64,000 nucleotides of DNA, taken from NCBI RefSeq assembly GCF_006345805.1, contig NC_042997.1, forward strand, positions 200,136,001 through 200,200,000. The letters are read 5' to 3'. The DNA is from Octopus sinensis. Its lineage: Eukaryota. Position numbers and translations under genes: made by a program. The notes beneath the pieces were generated by a model, which did not search any database, was not told where the DNA came from, and saw only the letters and a program-made list of their open reading frames with translations. Position 1 is the stretch's first letter; each line of letters starts with the position of its first letter. Below are positions 12,104-25,959 of the stretch, in pieces.

Positions 12104-13001
12104 ATGTGTCTATATTTGAATAAAATTTGAATATAGATGCAAAAATGGAATATCCAACTCTGGCATGGCACCTATCATATCTAGAAATTTTAGCTTCATC
12201 ATAATATTCTGTTTTTATATTTGCTGGCATCAAATACAAATCCTGTAAATAACATATTATAATTTCCTATATTTTTTGGAAGAAAATACATATATAAATC
12301 TAAATTGAATCAAATCTATGCATAACGTTTGCTGTATAGTAAAATAAATGCACTACTTGGAACAATGTCAGATAAAACTCCTTGTATTGTGAGAAATATT
12401 CTTTAGCAGAGAATAGGGTCTGAGATAGAATTGATTAAGTACTGCAGAAGAAACTAAGAATTGGGTTAAACATAAAATATAAGTGAATGGCAGTAAAAAG
12501 GTGAAATAGGGAATAAGTTATAGAATCATGTTGCCATTGGAGATATATTTATATTCCATGAAAGATTTATAACAATCTGCCAAAACTAGATGCTTTTAGT
12601 GCAGAGGTCAGCAGTAGAGAGTTGACATGGTGGAAATGTTGCCAAATATATGCAATATAAACATGCAATAGTAAATAAAAATTGACACAGCATGGCAGAA
12701 TGGTCAAGAAGTTTGCTTTGCAATCATTGTGCCTTGGGTTTAATTCCACAGCATGGAATCTTAGGCTAGGCTAGATATAGCTATTTCTTTATTACCCACA
12801 AGGGGCTAAACATAGAGGGGACAAACAAGGACAGAAACGGATTAAGTCGATTACATCGACCCCAGTGCGTAACTGGTACTCAATTTATCGACCCCCGAAA
12901 GGATGAAAGGCAAAGTCGACATACATATGTGCATATAGATATATATATGACAGGCTTCTTTTAGTTCCCATCTACCAGATCCATTCAAAAGCCTTTGGTT
13001 A

Positions 13002-13235
13002 CTCTCTCTTTTACTCTCTTTTACTTGTTTCAGTTATTTGACTGTGGCTATGCTGGAGCACCACCTTTAGTTGAGCAAATCGACCCCAGGACTTATTCTT
13101 TGTAAGCCTAGAACTTACTCTATTGGTCTCTTTTGCCGAACCACTAAGTTACGGGGACGTAAACACACCAGCAGCAGTTGTCAAGTGATGTTGGGTGGGG
13201 TGGGGCAAACACAGACACATAAACATATACACACT

Positions 13236-13321
<86 letters not shown>

Positions 13322-13491
13322 CATATATACGATGGGCTTCTTTCAGTTTCTGCCTACCAAATCCACTCACAAGGCTTTGGTCGCCCTGAGGCTATAGTAG
13401 AAGACACTTGCCCAAGGTGCCACGCAGTGGACTGAACCCAGAACCATGTGGTTCGTTAGCAAGCTACATACCACACAGCCACTCCTATGCC
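13002..13491 (-). mobile_element. Family A SINE
   Basis: Full-length copy with a long internal (AT)n. Confidence 0.85.
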
Positions 13492-13832
13492 AAAGATTAC
13501 TGTCAAAGATAATTGTCCAACTTGTTACACAGCAAGACTGAACCTGGTTGATTGGAAAGCAAGCTTCTTAACCATTTAGCCACACCAGAACACTAGCAAA
13601 AAATAAAAAATAAATTGTTAACTGTAACTTATCAGTAATGAATTATCAATCAATTGGTCAAATATCAATATGAATCAATTGACAGTAAATTATTATTCCC
13701 TAAACAAATCACGATAATAGATTAAAAACCAATAATATAACCAGAACAGACAGTTGGGGAATGCAAAAGCATAACATCCGTTAGTTACTGTGTATGGATG
13801 ACTCAATGAAACCAATCAGATATTGAGGTTAA

Positions 13833-14622
13833 CCCTTTAGCAATTAATTAGGCCAGATAATGTATTTTGGTTAAGGCAGTGAGCTGGCAGAATTGCTAGA
13901 TTTCTAGGCAAAATGTTTTGTGGTATTTCATCCATCTTTATGTTCTGAGTTCAAATTCTCAGCTCTCCGTCCACTTTATCTCTCTCTATATAAAGCTGAA
14001 GCTGTCTGTATGGCAGGTCTGGTAGCCTTCAACTAACACTATCTCCTTTGAGACCCTGCGGTGCAAGTTAACCAAAATTGATAGTATGATAGAAGACTTG
14101 TTCTTCCTTTCGTAGAAGAAAAAATTCAAATTGGACCATGTTAACACCAAAAATTATTTACATCTAAAAGGTGCTTTTTTTCTATGAAAATCCCTATTTT
14201 TTACGATTTTTTGACTGCTGTGTTGCCATTTTTCGGTGTATTTCAACCAGAAAAATGTTCACTTAAAGAGAATAACAAGCTAAATAATGCAAAAGATTTA
14301 CTTTTCAAAAATTCCAATTCTAAAGGGTCGAAACAAACCCGAGCAACGCCAGGTAATACTGCTAGTTTTTGAATAAAGTGGACGGGGAACTGACATTTTA
14401 GCAGCTCAAGACAGATTCTGGCAAGCCAAGTTAGTGACCCAGTCACTACTAACCATATTTGGCTCAAATATTCTACCTGTTTTATGTTTAAACCAGCTAG
14501 ATCTGACCTCTCACACCTTTCTACAATGTCATTGTAAAAATAAACAGCCACATCATCAAAATCTTGAAATTAAGAGAATAAATAAACATTGCATTCAACA
14601 GAGTAAACTGAATGCAAAAGGG
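13833..14622. mobile_element. TTAA-flanked piggyBac-like MITE with nested insertions
   Basis: TTAA|CCCTTTAGCA ... TGCAAAAGGG|TTAA. The internal segment 14455-14620 is homologous to 27475-27680. Confidence 0.65.
13985..14365 (+). mobile_element. Non-autonomous Helitron
   Basis: 5' TCTATATAAAGCTGAAG. 3' GC-rich hairpin ACCCGAGCAACGCCAGGT followed by CTAG|T. Confidence 0.75.
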
Positions 14623-15429
14623 TTAATTATATTAATTAGGACTAGCTGCTGCTAATTACTCACAGTTATTCTAGACTTGTATCTAAACATCTTAGAGACA
14701 GAACATTCTTACAAGGTTGAGGATTCTCTTTCCCAAGTTAAGAAATTTGCTTTTCCGTATTTTTCTCACCCTAATGAGTTGGAGGATATTTCCAAGGACT
14801 TCACAATTTCTTTCTTTGAAACTGAAGAAATTGATTCACTTTATAGACACAGACACAAGGAAAAGCAAGGGCTGGAACAGAATTTCAGAGGACCAAAGAT
14901 CTAAGGAGGAAAGACTGGGTAGAATGGTAAGTTCTTGAGTGGAGGTTACAATGTTGGTGACATGAGGAGTAGAGACAAGCAAACTGAATGAAATTGATCT
15001 GAGCAGAGGCCACTGTAGTAGTGGTAGAAAAGGCAGAAGGAGGAGACTGTGCATGTGTATATCAGAGATTAAATACTGTATGAGTATGAAATATTTTCAT
15101 ACATGAAATCACATGCAAGGTTTCAAAATTTAAATGCCTCCTAAATGTAGCCCTGCAGTCAAAGACAATATCAAAAACTAAAAACAGCATTCTGATAAAA
15201 GCTGCTGGCATAGATGCGTGATAAAGAAATCTGCTTCACAATCAGAAGGTTCCTGTAGAGAGACTCTTTTGGAAAGTGTTGCTTGTTATAGTATTAGACA
15301 GACCAATGCCTGTGAGTGGAATTTGGGAATTTGGCAGACAGAGATTATAAAGACTAAAAAAAAAAGACCAAAGTTCCTTCACAAGCCACAGTTTCATGAA
15401 ACTGGTTCCCTAGATTTTGTGGTGCATAT

Positions 15430-15712
15430 CAGGTGCAGTCCCAGGAATTTTTTGAAGGGAGGGCACAAGGAAAGAAGGGAATACAATTCCAAGAGTAAAG
15501 AGTAGGGTGTCCTGGCATTAGGAAGGGCATCTAGCTGTAGAAACTCTGCCAGATTAGATTGGAGTCTGGTGCAGCCATCTGATTCGCCAGACCTTAGTCA
15601 AATCGTCCAACCCATGCTAGCATGGAAAGCAGATGTTAAATGATGATGATGATGATGGGAAGAATACACTTCTTTCCTTGAGCCTCCCCCCCCATCCTTG
15701 GGTCCACTCCTG
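15430..15712. mobile_element. Short TIR MITE interrupted by a family C 3' UTR; second copy at 27907-28062
   Basis: CAGGTGCAGTCCCAGG...CTTGGGTCCACTCCTG. The internal GGAATTTTT..GGAGGGCACAAGG..GAAGGGAATACAATTCC is shared with the 27907 copy. Confidence 0.6.
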
Positions 15713-15952
15713 TACATATCCACCCCTGCTTCTGGATGGGATGCTAGTCCATTACAGGCTTGCTCACTTTTCCTAGCTCAATGCTCTGGAGCAAAGTGAA
15801 ATGAAGGGTTTTTCTCAAGAACACATCACATCCCCTGGTCCAGGAACTGAACTCACAATCTTACAATCATGAGTGCAACACCCTAACCACTAAGGTATAC
15901 GCATCCACCATAGTATGTGTGTGTGTGAATGTATGTACAAATGTAAGTATTC

Positions 15953-16315
15953 TATTCTTTTACTTGTTTCAGTCATTCAACTGTGGCCATGTTAGAGCAC
16001 CACCTTTAGTTGAAGAAATCGACCCCAGGACTTTTTCTCTGTAAGCTTAGTACTTATTCTATCGGAATCTTTTGCCAAACTGCTAAGTTACAAGGATCTA
16101 AAAACACCAGCATTGATTGTCAAGCGATGGTGAGGTGGGGTGACAAACACATACACATATATAACAAGCTTCTTTCAGTTTCGGTCTACCAAATCCACTC
16201 ACAGGGCTTTGATTGGCTCGAGGCTATAGTAGAAGACACTTGCCTAAGGTGCCATGCAGAGGGACTGAACCCGCAACCATGTAGTTGGGAAGCAAGCTTC
16301 TTACCACACAGTCAC
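15953..16315 (-). mobile_element. Family A SINE
   Basis: Colinear homology. Confidence 0.8.
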
Positions 16316-16394
16316 ATTTATATATATATATGCATATATATATATATGTATGTGTGTGTGTGTGTGTGAGTGTGTGTGTGTGTGTGTGTATATG

Positions 16395-16432
<38 letters not shown>

Positions 16433-16537
16433 AATATATATATATAATAGAAATGTTACTAAAAGAAAATAGAAGCTACACGTGGAAATGTAAGGGGAAA
16501 GAAAGAAGAAAAATAAGTGAAAAGGCACATTGGGAAT

Positions 16538-16572
<35 letters not shown>

Positions 16573-17715
16573 CAGTTAATTTTCTATAAGTCAGAAATAA
16601 AAGTACACTCAATATTAGTAACAGAGTAGCTGTATTTTTATACCATCAAACAATCTATTATTATTTATGATATCTGACTTGTCAGAATGTTACTGTTGGT
16701 TTCACACCAAATGCTGTCACTCGATAATACCGACAAGTCTTCAGACATGCTGGTTGGACGCATGTCTGAAGTATAGTCTTGAGGTAGAATTTGATGCAAA
16801 AATCAAAAGTAACATTCTGTCCAGTTATATGCAATAACCTGTAATAGATTGCTGGACTACGTAAAAATATTTATATAATTTGTATATAGGTTAAGAAGCT
16901 TGCTTCCGAGCCCTGTGGTTCCAGGTTCAGTCCCACTGCATGAAACCTTGGGCAGGTGTCTTCTACTATAGCCTTAAGCTGACCAAAGTCTTGTGAGTGA
17001 ATTTGGTAGACAGAAACTGAAAGGAGCCTGACTTTAATCATAAATTAATATGTTCTCAAACCGGCGTAAACTACTGCAGTGAATTACTCATGCAGCATTT
17101 ATTTCCGGGAATTTGGCACGCTAGTACGAGGGCATTTGAATGTAACTGTGACTACAATAGGCCGAACTGTTCGTGTCTTTGACCTCGTGTTAATATATAG
17201 TGTGCAGTTCGACAAATTATATTTTATGACGTACTCCACCGATGATCTGAGGACAATTATGTAAGTAAAATGGCATAATTTATTAACAATGAAATAATTG
17301 TATGGGGTTAATCTATAATTTTGTTATTTTTCATTTGTCCTGCTCGCTTACGTTCTTAGTGTGCTAAATTTTTCTCGAGAACAATTCTTAGTGGTTCAGT
17401 CCCTTTGCGGATCTATATCTAGCATAAGAGCGTCCACGTAGTGGATTCTCTCTCATATTTGTGTGTATATATATATATATATATATCTCAATATTTAATT
17501 TATTGTTACATTTGTATATATAAAGATAAATTAAATATTAAGATATTCTATTGACATTCAATCATTTATTTTTATTATTTATTTATGTTACAATATTACA
17601 TTAAATACTATGAATATTAATATATAACATAAAATAATATTATATAAATTCAAATATAATCATAGAATTATTTTATCTCTGACAAAAAACATCTTTCCAA
17701 GAACAGTTCCTTTTT

Positions 17716-17755
17716 AACCCTGAAGACGGGACTTGTATGTCCCGAAATATTGGAT
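17716..17755 (+). ncRNA. Minimal type I hammerhead ribozyme (Penelope-type)
   Basis: CC-CTGAAGA-C-GGGAC(TTGTAT)GTCCC-GAAA-TA-TT-GG: intact core, 5-bp stem II, palindromic stem III and a short stem I. Confidence 0.65.
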
Positions 17756-18131
17756 ACATGTACAACCAAAGATTACCAGGTAACTTACTTTTACTTTGCC
17801 TTACCTCATCTTATAATTTATTTGCATTGTTTGGCCTTTTAAATCTTTCAACATTATATTCCATATAAAATGCTTCAAGCAAACTATAAAATCTAATTAT
17901 AAAAACAATTTGTTGGACTTTTTTGGTTTTTATAATTATTGATATAATATTATGTTATGTTATATATTAATATTCATAGTATTTAATGTAATATTATAAT
18001 ATAAATAAATTATTGAATGTCGATAGAATATCTCTATATTTAATTTATCTTTATTATTGAATTATATTTATATGATATCCAACTGAAGTACCAGTAAATT
18101 GGATGTTTAACACACCTCTTTGTTACTTTAT

Positions 18132-18166
<35 letters not shown>

Positions 18167-18543
18167 CGCACACACACGTGTTTGTGTGTCTTTGTGTTTG
18201 TCCGCCACCACTGCTTGACAACGGGGTCGGTGCATTTATGTCCCTGTAACTTAGTGGTTTGGCAAAAGAGACCGATAGGATAAATACCAGGCTTAAAAGA
18301 AATATGAGTAGTCTGAACCGATTCGTTCAACCAAAAACACTTCATAGTGGTGCTCCAGCATGGCCACAGTCTAATGACTGAAACTTGTAAAAGGCAGAAA
18401 GGATGTATGCATTGAAAAATGGACACAAACTAATAAAACAAACGAACAAATACATCATCATCATAATCAAAATCATCATCATCAACACCATCATCATCAA
18501 TGTATATGTATGTGTGTGTTGGTGTGTATACATCATTTCACTG

Positions 18544-18577
<34 letters not shown>

Positions 18578-20142
18578 TATATATAATATATATATATATT
18601 GTTGGAAACATCAGTGAAAGCTACTAATGTTGATGAAAAATAAACCTGATAAACCAGCAAATAAGTACTTTGTGATATTTGTTCTGCCCAAGTTGCACAG
18701 ATGTTTTCCTCTTGACCCTCTCAATATTGTAAATACAGTGAACTATTGTTTAGTTTGTTGGAAACACAGAAATAATGAGATGAAACTACATTAAACAAAT
18801 GAATATAATGTTGTTGAATAAAATATTCAAACATGAGATTTAGAACGGTTTTTACCACATGCAAGATTTCTAATGGATGAAATCAGATACTCAGAATTAG
18901 TGTCTGCTAGTTCAGCATGACATGTGGATGGAGAATCCATTAATATTCTCTTTTACTTTTCCAACAGGATATATTAAATGCTTCCAAACAATTTTGATAC
19001 CATTAATCATTGATTCCTACCATTTTGTGTTTAGTTTACACAATATATTGTGAATACCTTCCCAAAGACTTAAAAATATTAGCTAGTGAATGCAGTTTAA
19101 TATTTTCCTAGCCTTTACTTTTTCATATTATTATATCTATTCTAGCCATCCATAGTATTTTCATTGTTGTTTGATATTTGTGTATTAGGTTTGTCAAGGA
19201 ACTTTCTTTGAGACATTGATGAAGGTTTTGTTAGACTCCTACACAAAGTCATTACGTGGTTTTTAGGATCATCTAACAGTTAGCAGAATGTATTATAAAA
19301 ACAAATATGATATGGTTTACGTGTGGATTGTCATATATCCATAATTCTGAAACTTGCCAAGCAACTTTGGGTTTTTTGAGGGTTTTTTTCTATATAGAAG
19401 GTGAGTCTTTTACAGAAACAAAGAGCACTCTAAATCTATGAAGAATGAGACTTATAACTATAAATAGGAAAATTATATAACCGATGGTATTGAACAAATG
19501 AACAAAATAAACATTTTTTGTTTTTTTTACTGTACTCTGCATTACAGACAAAGCTACAAATATCACTAAAGGCAGCTTTATAGCCAACTTCTGCTAAGAT
19601 GAGTTAAGGATCAGAAAAGTTCTATGAGAAATGAATGTTGTTAGATCTGTTACTGCATGCTTTTACAGCGTTAATGTTTGCTTTGTTAAAAGATTTTTAT
19701 CAGGGAAATTCTCTTAATGGATGCACAGCAGATGCTATGTGATGTGTACAAAAGAGAAGAGTATATCAAAATAAGAGAAAATGAAATGAAAAGCAAAACT
19801 GTAAAAGAGTTCAGAACTATTTTACAGTTTATTCTATTTGTAGTAAGAATAAAAAAAAAACAACAACAACAATGATGGCTTACAAAGAAAATATCAGAAT
19901 GAAAATAGAAATTTAGGGAAGAAATAAATTTTTTTGTTTGAACTATTTGTAGGAGGCAAGAGAGAAATTTTGTGGCTGAGAAACTGGTTTTGGAATCATG
20001 GCTTTGTGTTCATTTCTACTTTGTGGGAACACTGTGGCCGTGGGTTGGCCAAAGCCTAGTGAGGGAAATAAGGCAGTGAGCTGGAAGAAACGTTAGCACC
20101 CCGGGTGAAATGTTTGGCGGCATTTCGTCTGTCTTTATGTTC

Positions 20143-20163
20143 GGAACAGGCAATGGCCTGACC

Positions 20164-20196
<33 letters not shown>

Positions 20197-20382
20197 AGTG
20201 AAAAACACCTTAGGAACGAGAACCCAGGTTTGAAATTTCCCCAAGACACCTGATGGAGGCTGGAGGGTACATCAGCCAAAATGTTGTGTTAACAACGAAC
20301 AAGATGAGGACAAATATCCATTAATTGTAAATAATGTAAATAATGTACATAATTCTTCATCTCTTAGATATAGAAGTGTATA
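20143..20382 (+). mobile_element. Hammerhead-bearing element (family F), 5'-truncated, inserted in a family B SINE
   Basis: Homologous to 38440-38815 and 45730-46061. The host SINE 20071-20533 is interrupted, with a TA(T/C)GTTC duplication at the junctions. Confidence 0.75.
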
Positions 20383-21464
20383 TACGTTCTGAGTTCAGAT
20401 TCTGCAGAGGTCAACTTTGCCTTTAATCCTTTCGGGGTCGATAAATCAAGTACCAGTTGCATACTGGGGTCAATCTAATCGACTGGCCTCCATCCCCCAA
20501 AATTCTGGGCCTTGTGCCTAAAGTAGAAAAGAATACCTTGTGAAGGAAATTTGGTTGGCAGAAACTAAAGGAAGCCCATCTTACACATCTATGTATGTGT
20601 CTATCTGTCTACATATATATCTGTGTGTGTGTGTATGAGTGTGTCTGTATATATGTGTGTGTGTATGCGTGTAAATGCATATATATATATATTTTCTTTT
20701 AATCTTTTACTTGTTTCAGTCATTTGACTGTGGCCATGCTGGAGCACTGCATTGAAGGGTTTTTAGTCAAATGAATCAACCCCAATACTTATTTCTTTTT
20801 AAAGCATGGTATTTATTCTAATGGGCTCTTTTTATTGAACCACTATGTCACAGGGACATAAACACACCAACACCAGTTACCGAGCATTGATAGGGGTCAA
20901 ACACAGACACTAAGACACATTCACAAACACCCACACAAACACAAACACACACTCACACACAGACAAATATATATACATACACACATACATACATCATCCC
21001 CATCCTCATCATCGTTTAATGTCCGTTTTCCATGCTGGCATGGGTTAGATGTTTTGACTGGGGGACTGGCAAGTCAGGAGGCTATGCCAGGCTCCAGTCT
21101 GATGTGGCAAGGTTTCTACAGCTGGAGGCCCTTCCTAATGCCAACCACTCCGAAAGTGTAGTGGGTGCTTTTTACATTGCCACCGGCACGGGAGCCAGTT
21201 AGGCGGCACTGGCATCGACCATGTTCTGATGGTGCTTTTTATGTGCCACCAGCACATACAACAGGTTTCTTTCAGTTTCTCTCTACCAAATCCACTCACA
21301 AGGCTTTGGTTGGCCTGAAGCTATAGTACAACACATTTGCTCAAAGTGTGACATTATTTATATATTTCTATGTCTATATCTATCTATCTGTCCATCTGTC
21401 TGTCTGAATGTATGTATGCATGAATGTATAGGTACAAGTGTGGCTGTGTAGTAAGAAGTTTGCA

Positions 21465-21677
21465 GGGTGGCAAGCTGGCAGAATCATTAGCATGCCAGGT
21501 GAAATGCTTGGTGGTATTTCGTCTGCCGCTATGTTCTGAATTCAAAATCTGCTGAGGTTGACTTTGCCTTTCATTCTTACGGGGTTGATAAATTAAGTAC
21601 CAGTTAAGTGCTGGCGTCGATGACGTCCACTTTCCCCTTCCCCAAAATTTCAGGCCTTGTGCCTAGAGTAGAAAAGA
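21465..21677 (+). mobile_element. Family B SINE inserted in the head of a family A SINE (21428-21810)
   Basis: The family A head is split, with AAGAAGTTTGC duplicated on both sides. Confidence 0.75.
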
Positions 21678-22139
21678 AGTTTGCTTCTCAACCATATGGT
21701 TCTGGGTTCAGTCCCACGGCATGGCATCTTAGGCATGCATATTCTACTATAGGCCAACCAAAATCTTGTGTGTTGATTTTGTAGACAGAAACTGAAAGGA
21801 ACCTGTCATAATATATATGGACTAAGATATCTGGCACCTGGCTGTACTCAAGAAGACCCGTACTCCACAGCTGAAGTGTTGAGGCCACTCCTCCTGGTGA
21901 AGTGGATTGACCAGCAAGAGTCTCGTAATAGTGTCATGTAAAAACGCCTGTGTGGTGTCATGTAAAAGTGCTTATGCAGTGTCCCATAGAAGCACCAAGC
22001 ACACACTGTAAAGTGGTTGGTGTTAGGAAGGGTATCTGACTGTAGAAACCAAGCTAAATTAGACAGGAACCTGGTGCAGCTCTCCAACTTGCCAGCTCTG
22101 GTCAAACTATCCCACCCATGCCAACATGGAAAACAGGTG

Positions 22140-22172
<33 letters not shown>

Positions 22173-22194
22173 GATAAATTGTTAGCTAGTTAAC

Positions 22195-22470
22195 ATAGAT
22201 AGATAGACATACAAATAGATAGACAGGTAGGTAGACAGGTAGGTAGGTAGGTAGATAGGTAGGTAAGTAGGGAGGTAGGTAGATAAATAGCTAGATAGTT
22301 AGATAGACAGACATATAGGTAGATAAATAGGTAGGTAGGTCGATAAATAGATAGATAGATAGATAGGTAGGTAGGTAGGTAGGTAGGTAGGTTGATAGGT
22401 AGGCAGGTAGGCAGATAGACAGAAGTTGAGGGAGAGAGAGAGAGAGACCAACAAATAGATAGATAGATAC
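22195..22470. repeat. (TAGG)n/(TAGA)n tetranucleotide repeat
   Basis: Directly visible. Confidence 0.9.
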
Positions 22471-24979
22471 ATGTTCAAGCATATGTGTGTGTGTGTGTGT
22501 GCGTGTGTGTGTGTATGTGTGCATGCACATTAATAGTAAAGAAAAGTCCTGCACATATAAATTCTGTCATTCGTTTACAGCCCTCTGTGAAAACATGTCT
22601 AGTCATCGAAATATTCATTATTCAAAGTACTAGAAGGGACCTTACATGGAAACAGATGAGGGCTGATTATAGGAAGCGTATCCAGCCATTGAAAATCTGC
22701 CCCAACATCTTTCCCCTGACTGATGCAAGCATGAGAAAGTGAATATAAAAATGATTAATGATGATGATGATGATGGTTCAGTCCCCCTACATGGCACAAT
22801 GATCAAATGTCTTCTACTATAGCTTGAGGTCAATGAAAGTTTTGTGAATGCATTTGTTAGACACACAAAGGCAGCAGTTATTCAAGGTGTAAGAGTGGCT
22901 GTGTGGTAAGATTAGGTTTTCACTCAGTGCTCAATGTTTTGACCTGAGTTGGTCTTCTTATTGATGAATATCCTGGATGTTCTGAGCTAAGCTGAAAACA
23001 CTTTTTCTTGATATAGAAATCAGCAAACCAAACACATTTACTGATCTGTGTGAAAGCTAGCTCAGTTAGAATTAAATTAATATACACATCTGAAACAGCT
23101 TTAGATTAAAATATGTAACATTTATAACATTTATAATGTGTATAAGATCATGGAATAACACTTGCTGTACCATTATTTTGTCTTGAAGAAATATCTCAAA
23201 GACACTTGAATATAAAATCCACAGGGCATCACTCAGAATGCTAATAGATCACCAGATTTGGTGTTTTGACCTGATCTGGTTTCCTCAGCAGGAACACCCT
23301 AGACGAAACAACTTCTATATCCAGCCTGTTTTCCTTATGTTCTTCATATTTTCAAGACAGCAATTGAGAATCATTCATCTCTGTCAAGGAACCAATTTCC
23401 CTATTACCAGAACCAGAATCCATGTGGTCAAGACTGTAATTGTGATTTAATATCTGAGTTACTCTGTTGCTATAATCTCTTTGGTCTAATTGAATTTCCA
23501 ATTCAACTTGCAAATAGCCTACTGGCTTGACTAAGTTTTATTTATTTATTTATTCATTTTGTTTTTTTGATATATCATTTTTTTTTTGATGCAGAATCAT
23601 GAAAATCAGGCAGGAAACCTATGAAAAATGAACACATAAACAGATATTAATAAAACTACAATATCCAGTATAGTTGATGCATTGATGTCGTGAGAGCAGC
23701 GTGTCTTTAATAAATACACCATTGGTCATCACGCAGTTACTAAATCTATTAATTTGCTCATGTTTTATTTATAAGTTCTGGAAAATAAAAAAGATGAAAA
23801 TGAACAAAATATGGAATTATACTGACAACTAGATGTATTGTATACAGTAAGAAGTGGCATTTCAAACTTTATTGTCTAGAAACATAATATTTATGTTTGC
23901 GACAAACTCCATAAAAGCACTTTGTATAGTTGTTGTTTGTTTCTCTTCATATATTTCAGCTTTCTCTCAATTGATTGTGCATTGAGAGAAGATATAAGGT
24001 TTTAAAAATATTATGAGATTGGTATCATAAATTGTATGAATGAGAAAAGTAAATCAACAAATGGAACGTTTTCAGTTTTGTATTTCATTAAATCAAAAAT
24101 AGATATATGGGTCAAAATAAGATTAGTGTTAGTCTGTGAGAAGCTGTCAAGATTATATTATTTAGGAAATATTTTTGATTGAAATTGGTTCAGTAAAAAC
24201 GAAACTTTCTAATGCATTGCTGAAGAAGAAAGAAAAAATTTTTAATAATATTGAATTATTAAAATTATTTTGCTTTTCTTACATACGCATGTGCTGTCAG
24301 GTTTAAAGTGGAGGAAAAATGATAAATGAAATTAAACAAGTGGATGTTTCACCCTTTTACTTTATTAATATGGGTGACGGTCAGAGACATTCTAACCATG
24401 ACCATCATGGTTTTTTTCTCATTTTCAAATGGAGGACTACATTTTAAATTGTTTTTTTTCTCTCTTAAGATGATAAAATATGATTTATCTTCTATCTTCT
24501 TTCTTTTATTTGTTTCAGTCATTTGACTATGGCCATGCTGGGGCACCACCTTGAAGAGTTTTAGTTGAACAAATCAACCCCATGACTGATTTTTTTAAAC
24601 ATGGTACTTATTCTGTTGGCAGAATTGTGGCGCATTGTTTCCTTGAGCAAGACACTTTATTTCACGTTGCTCCAATCCACTCAGCTGGCAAAAATGAGTA
24701 GGACCTGTATTTCACACTCTGTGTCATGTTGACTCACCCTGAGAATTATGTTCAGGGTACATGCATCTGTGGAGTGCTCAGCCACTTGCACGTTAATTTC
24801 AGGAGCAAGCTGTTCCGTTGATCGTATCAGCTGGAACTTTTGTTGTCATAACCAACGGAGTGCTCCATATATATATATATTTCAATATTGTAAAATTGTA
24901 AAAATTGCAAATAATAAAATGTGAAAAATCAGACTAAGTTGGAAATACATACACACAAACATACGTACATACATACATG

Positions 24980-25021
<42 letters not shown>

Positions 25022-25098
25022 TTTTAATATGCTAGACCACTGGTTTTAAATTGATATTAAGCAAATTAATATTCAATTTTTCACTCTTATTATTTAAA

Positions 25099-25129
<31 letters not shown>

Positions 25130-25133
<4 letters not shown>

Positions 25134-25575
25134 CCCTTCTTGGGACACAAAACTCTACTTGTGAAGACCTGTTGAGGCAAGTGAGGATCAGAATCGAAAT
25201 CGATCAATGGAAATTGCAGATGTGTTACCAGTGCCGGTGGCATGTAAGAGAACCTTCTGTTTCGTGACCGTTGCCAGCACCGCCCCATTTCGTGTCCGTT
25301 GCCAGCCTTGCCTGGCCCTTGTACCAGTGGCACATAAAAAGCACCATCCGTTCGTGGCCGTTTGCCAGCTCTGTCTGGCACCTGTGCGGGTGGCACGTAA
25401 AAAGCACCCACTACACTCATGGAGTGGTTGGCATTAGGAAGGGCATCCAGCCGTAGAAACACTGCCAGATTTGACTGGGCCTGATGAAGCCTTCTGGCTT
25501 CACAGACCCCAGTAGAACCGTCCAACCCATGCTAGCATGGAAAACGGACGCTAAACGACGATGATGATGATGATG
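25130..25575 (+). mobile_element. Family C RTE 3' UTR, long copy
   Basis: Internal repeated units and a (GAT)n tail. Its 5' segment is shared with the 35105 copy. Confidence 0.75.
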
Positions 25576-25864
25576 ATATATGTGTGTGTATGTATGTATG
25601 TATGTATGTATACTAGATGAATAGCCTGTCATTGTCAAGCAATTTTTACAATAGAATGTCTTATATAAACTTTTGTTTATTCCATGTCAGACCATGCCTT
25701 CCCACACATGCCAGCTTAATTTAATTCGCCCTTAGTCGAAGGACAACTGTTGTTAGTGTCCTGTTGTTTGCTTTTGTATTTGTGTACAATTTCTCCATTT
25801 TTTCTGTCCTTGTTTTTGTATACATCCGCTGCTTTCTTCCAAGGAATCTTGTGCTCTTAGCTTA

Positions 25865-25959
25865 GATTTTCCTTGTGGCTGGCCAGATTGGAGCAATCTC
25901 GAGTATAACCAGCTGAAACTGCAAAGATCCTCTGGAACTCAACTGACGAAAGAAAACTC
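25865..25959 (+). ncRNA. Rearranged (non-circularly permuted) hammerhead-like RNA, copy 1
   Basis: GCAAT-C-TCGAGT...CCAGCT-GAAACTGC...ACTCAA-CTGACGA, with extra helices GGCTGG/CCAGCT and CCAGA/TCTGG. Confidence 0.55.

Noticed and set aside
16739-16771. Perfect 12-bp hairpin CTTCAGACATGC/GCATGTCTGAAG with CTGAAGA on the minus strand
   Set aside because: There is no properly placed GAAA or stem I, and it is too short for a miRNA call.
17052-17383. TGTTCTC...GAGAACA-bounded segment (solo LTR or MITE?)
   Set aside because: It has only a 7-bp inverted end, no TSD and no second copy in the window.
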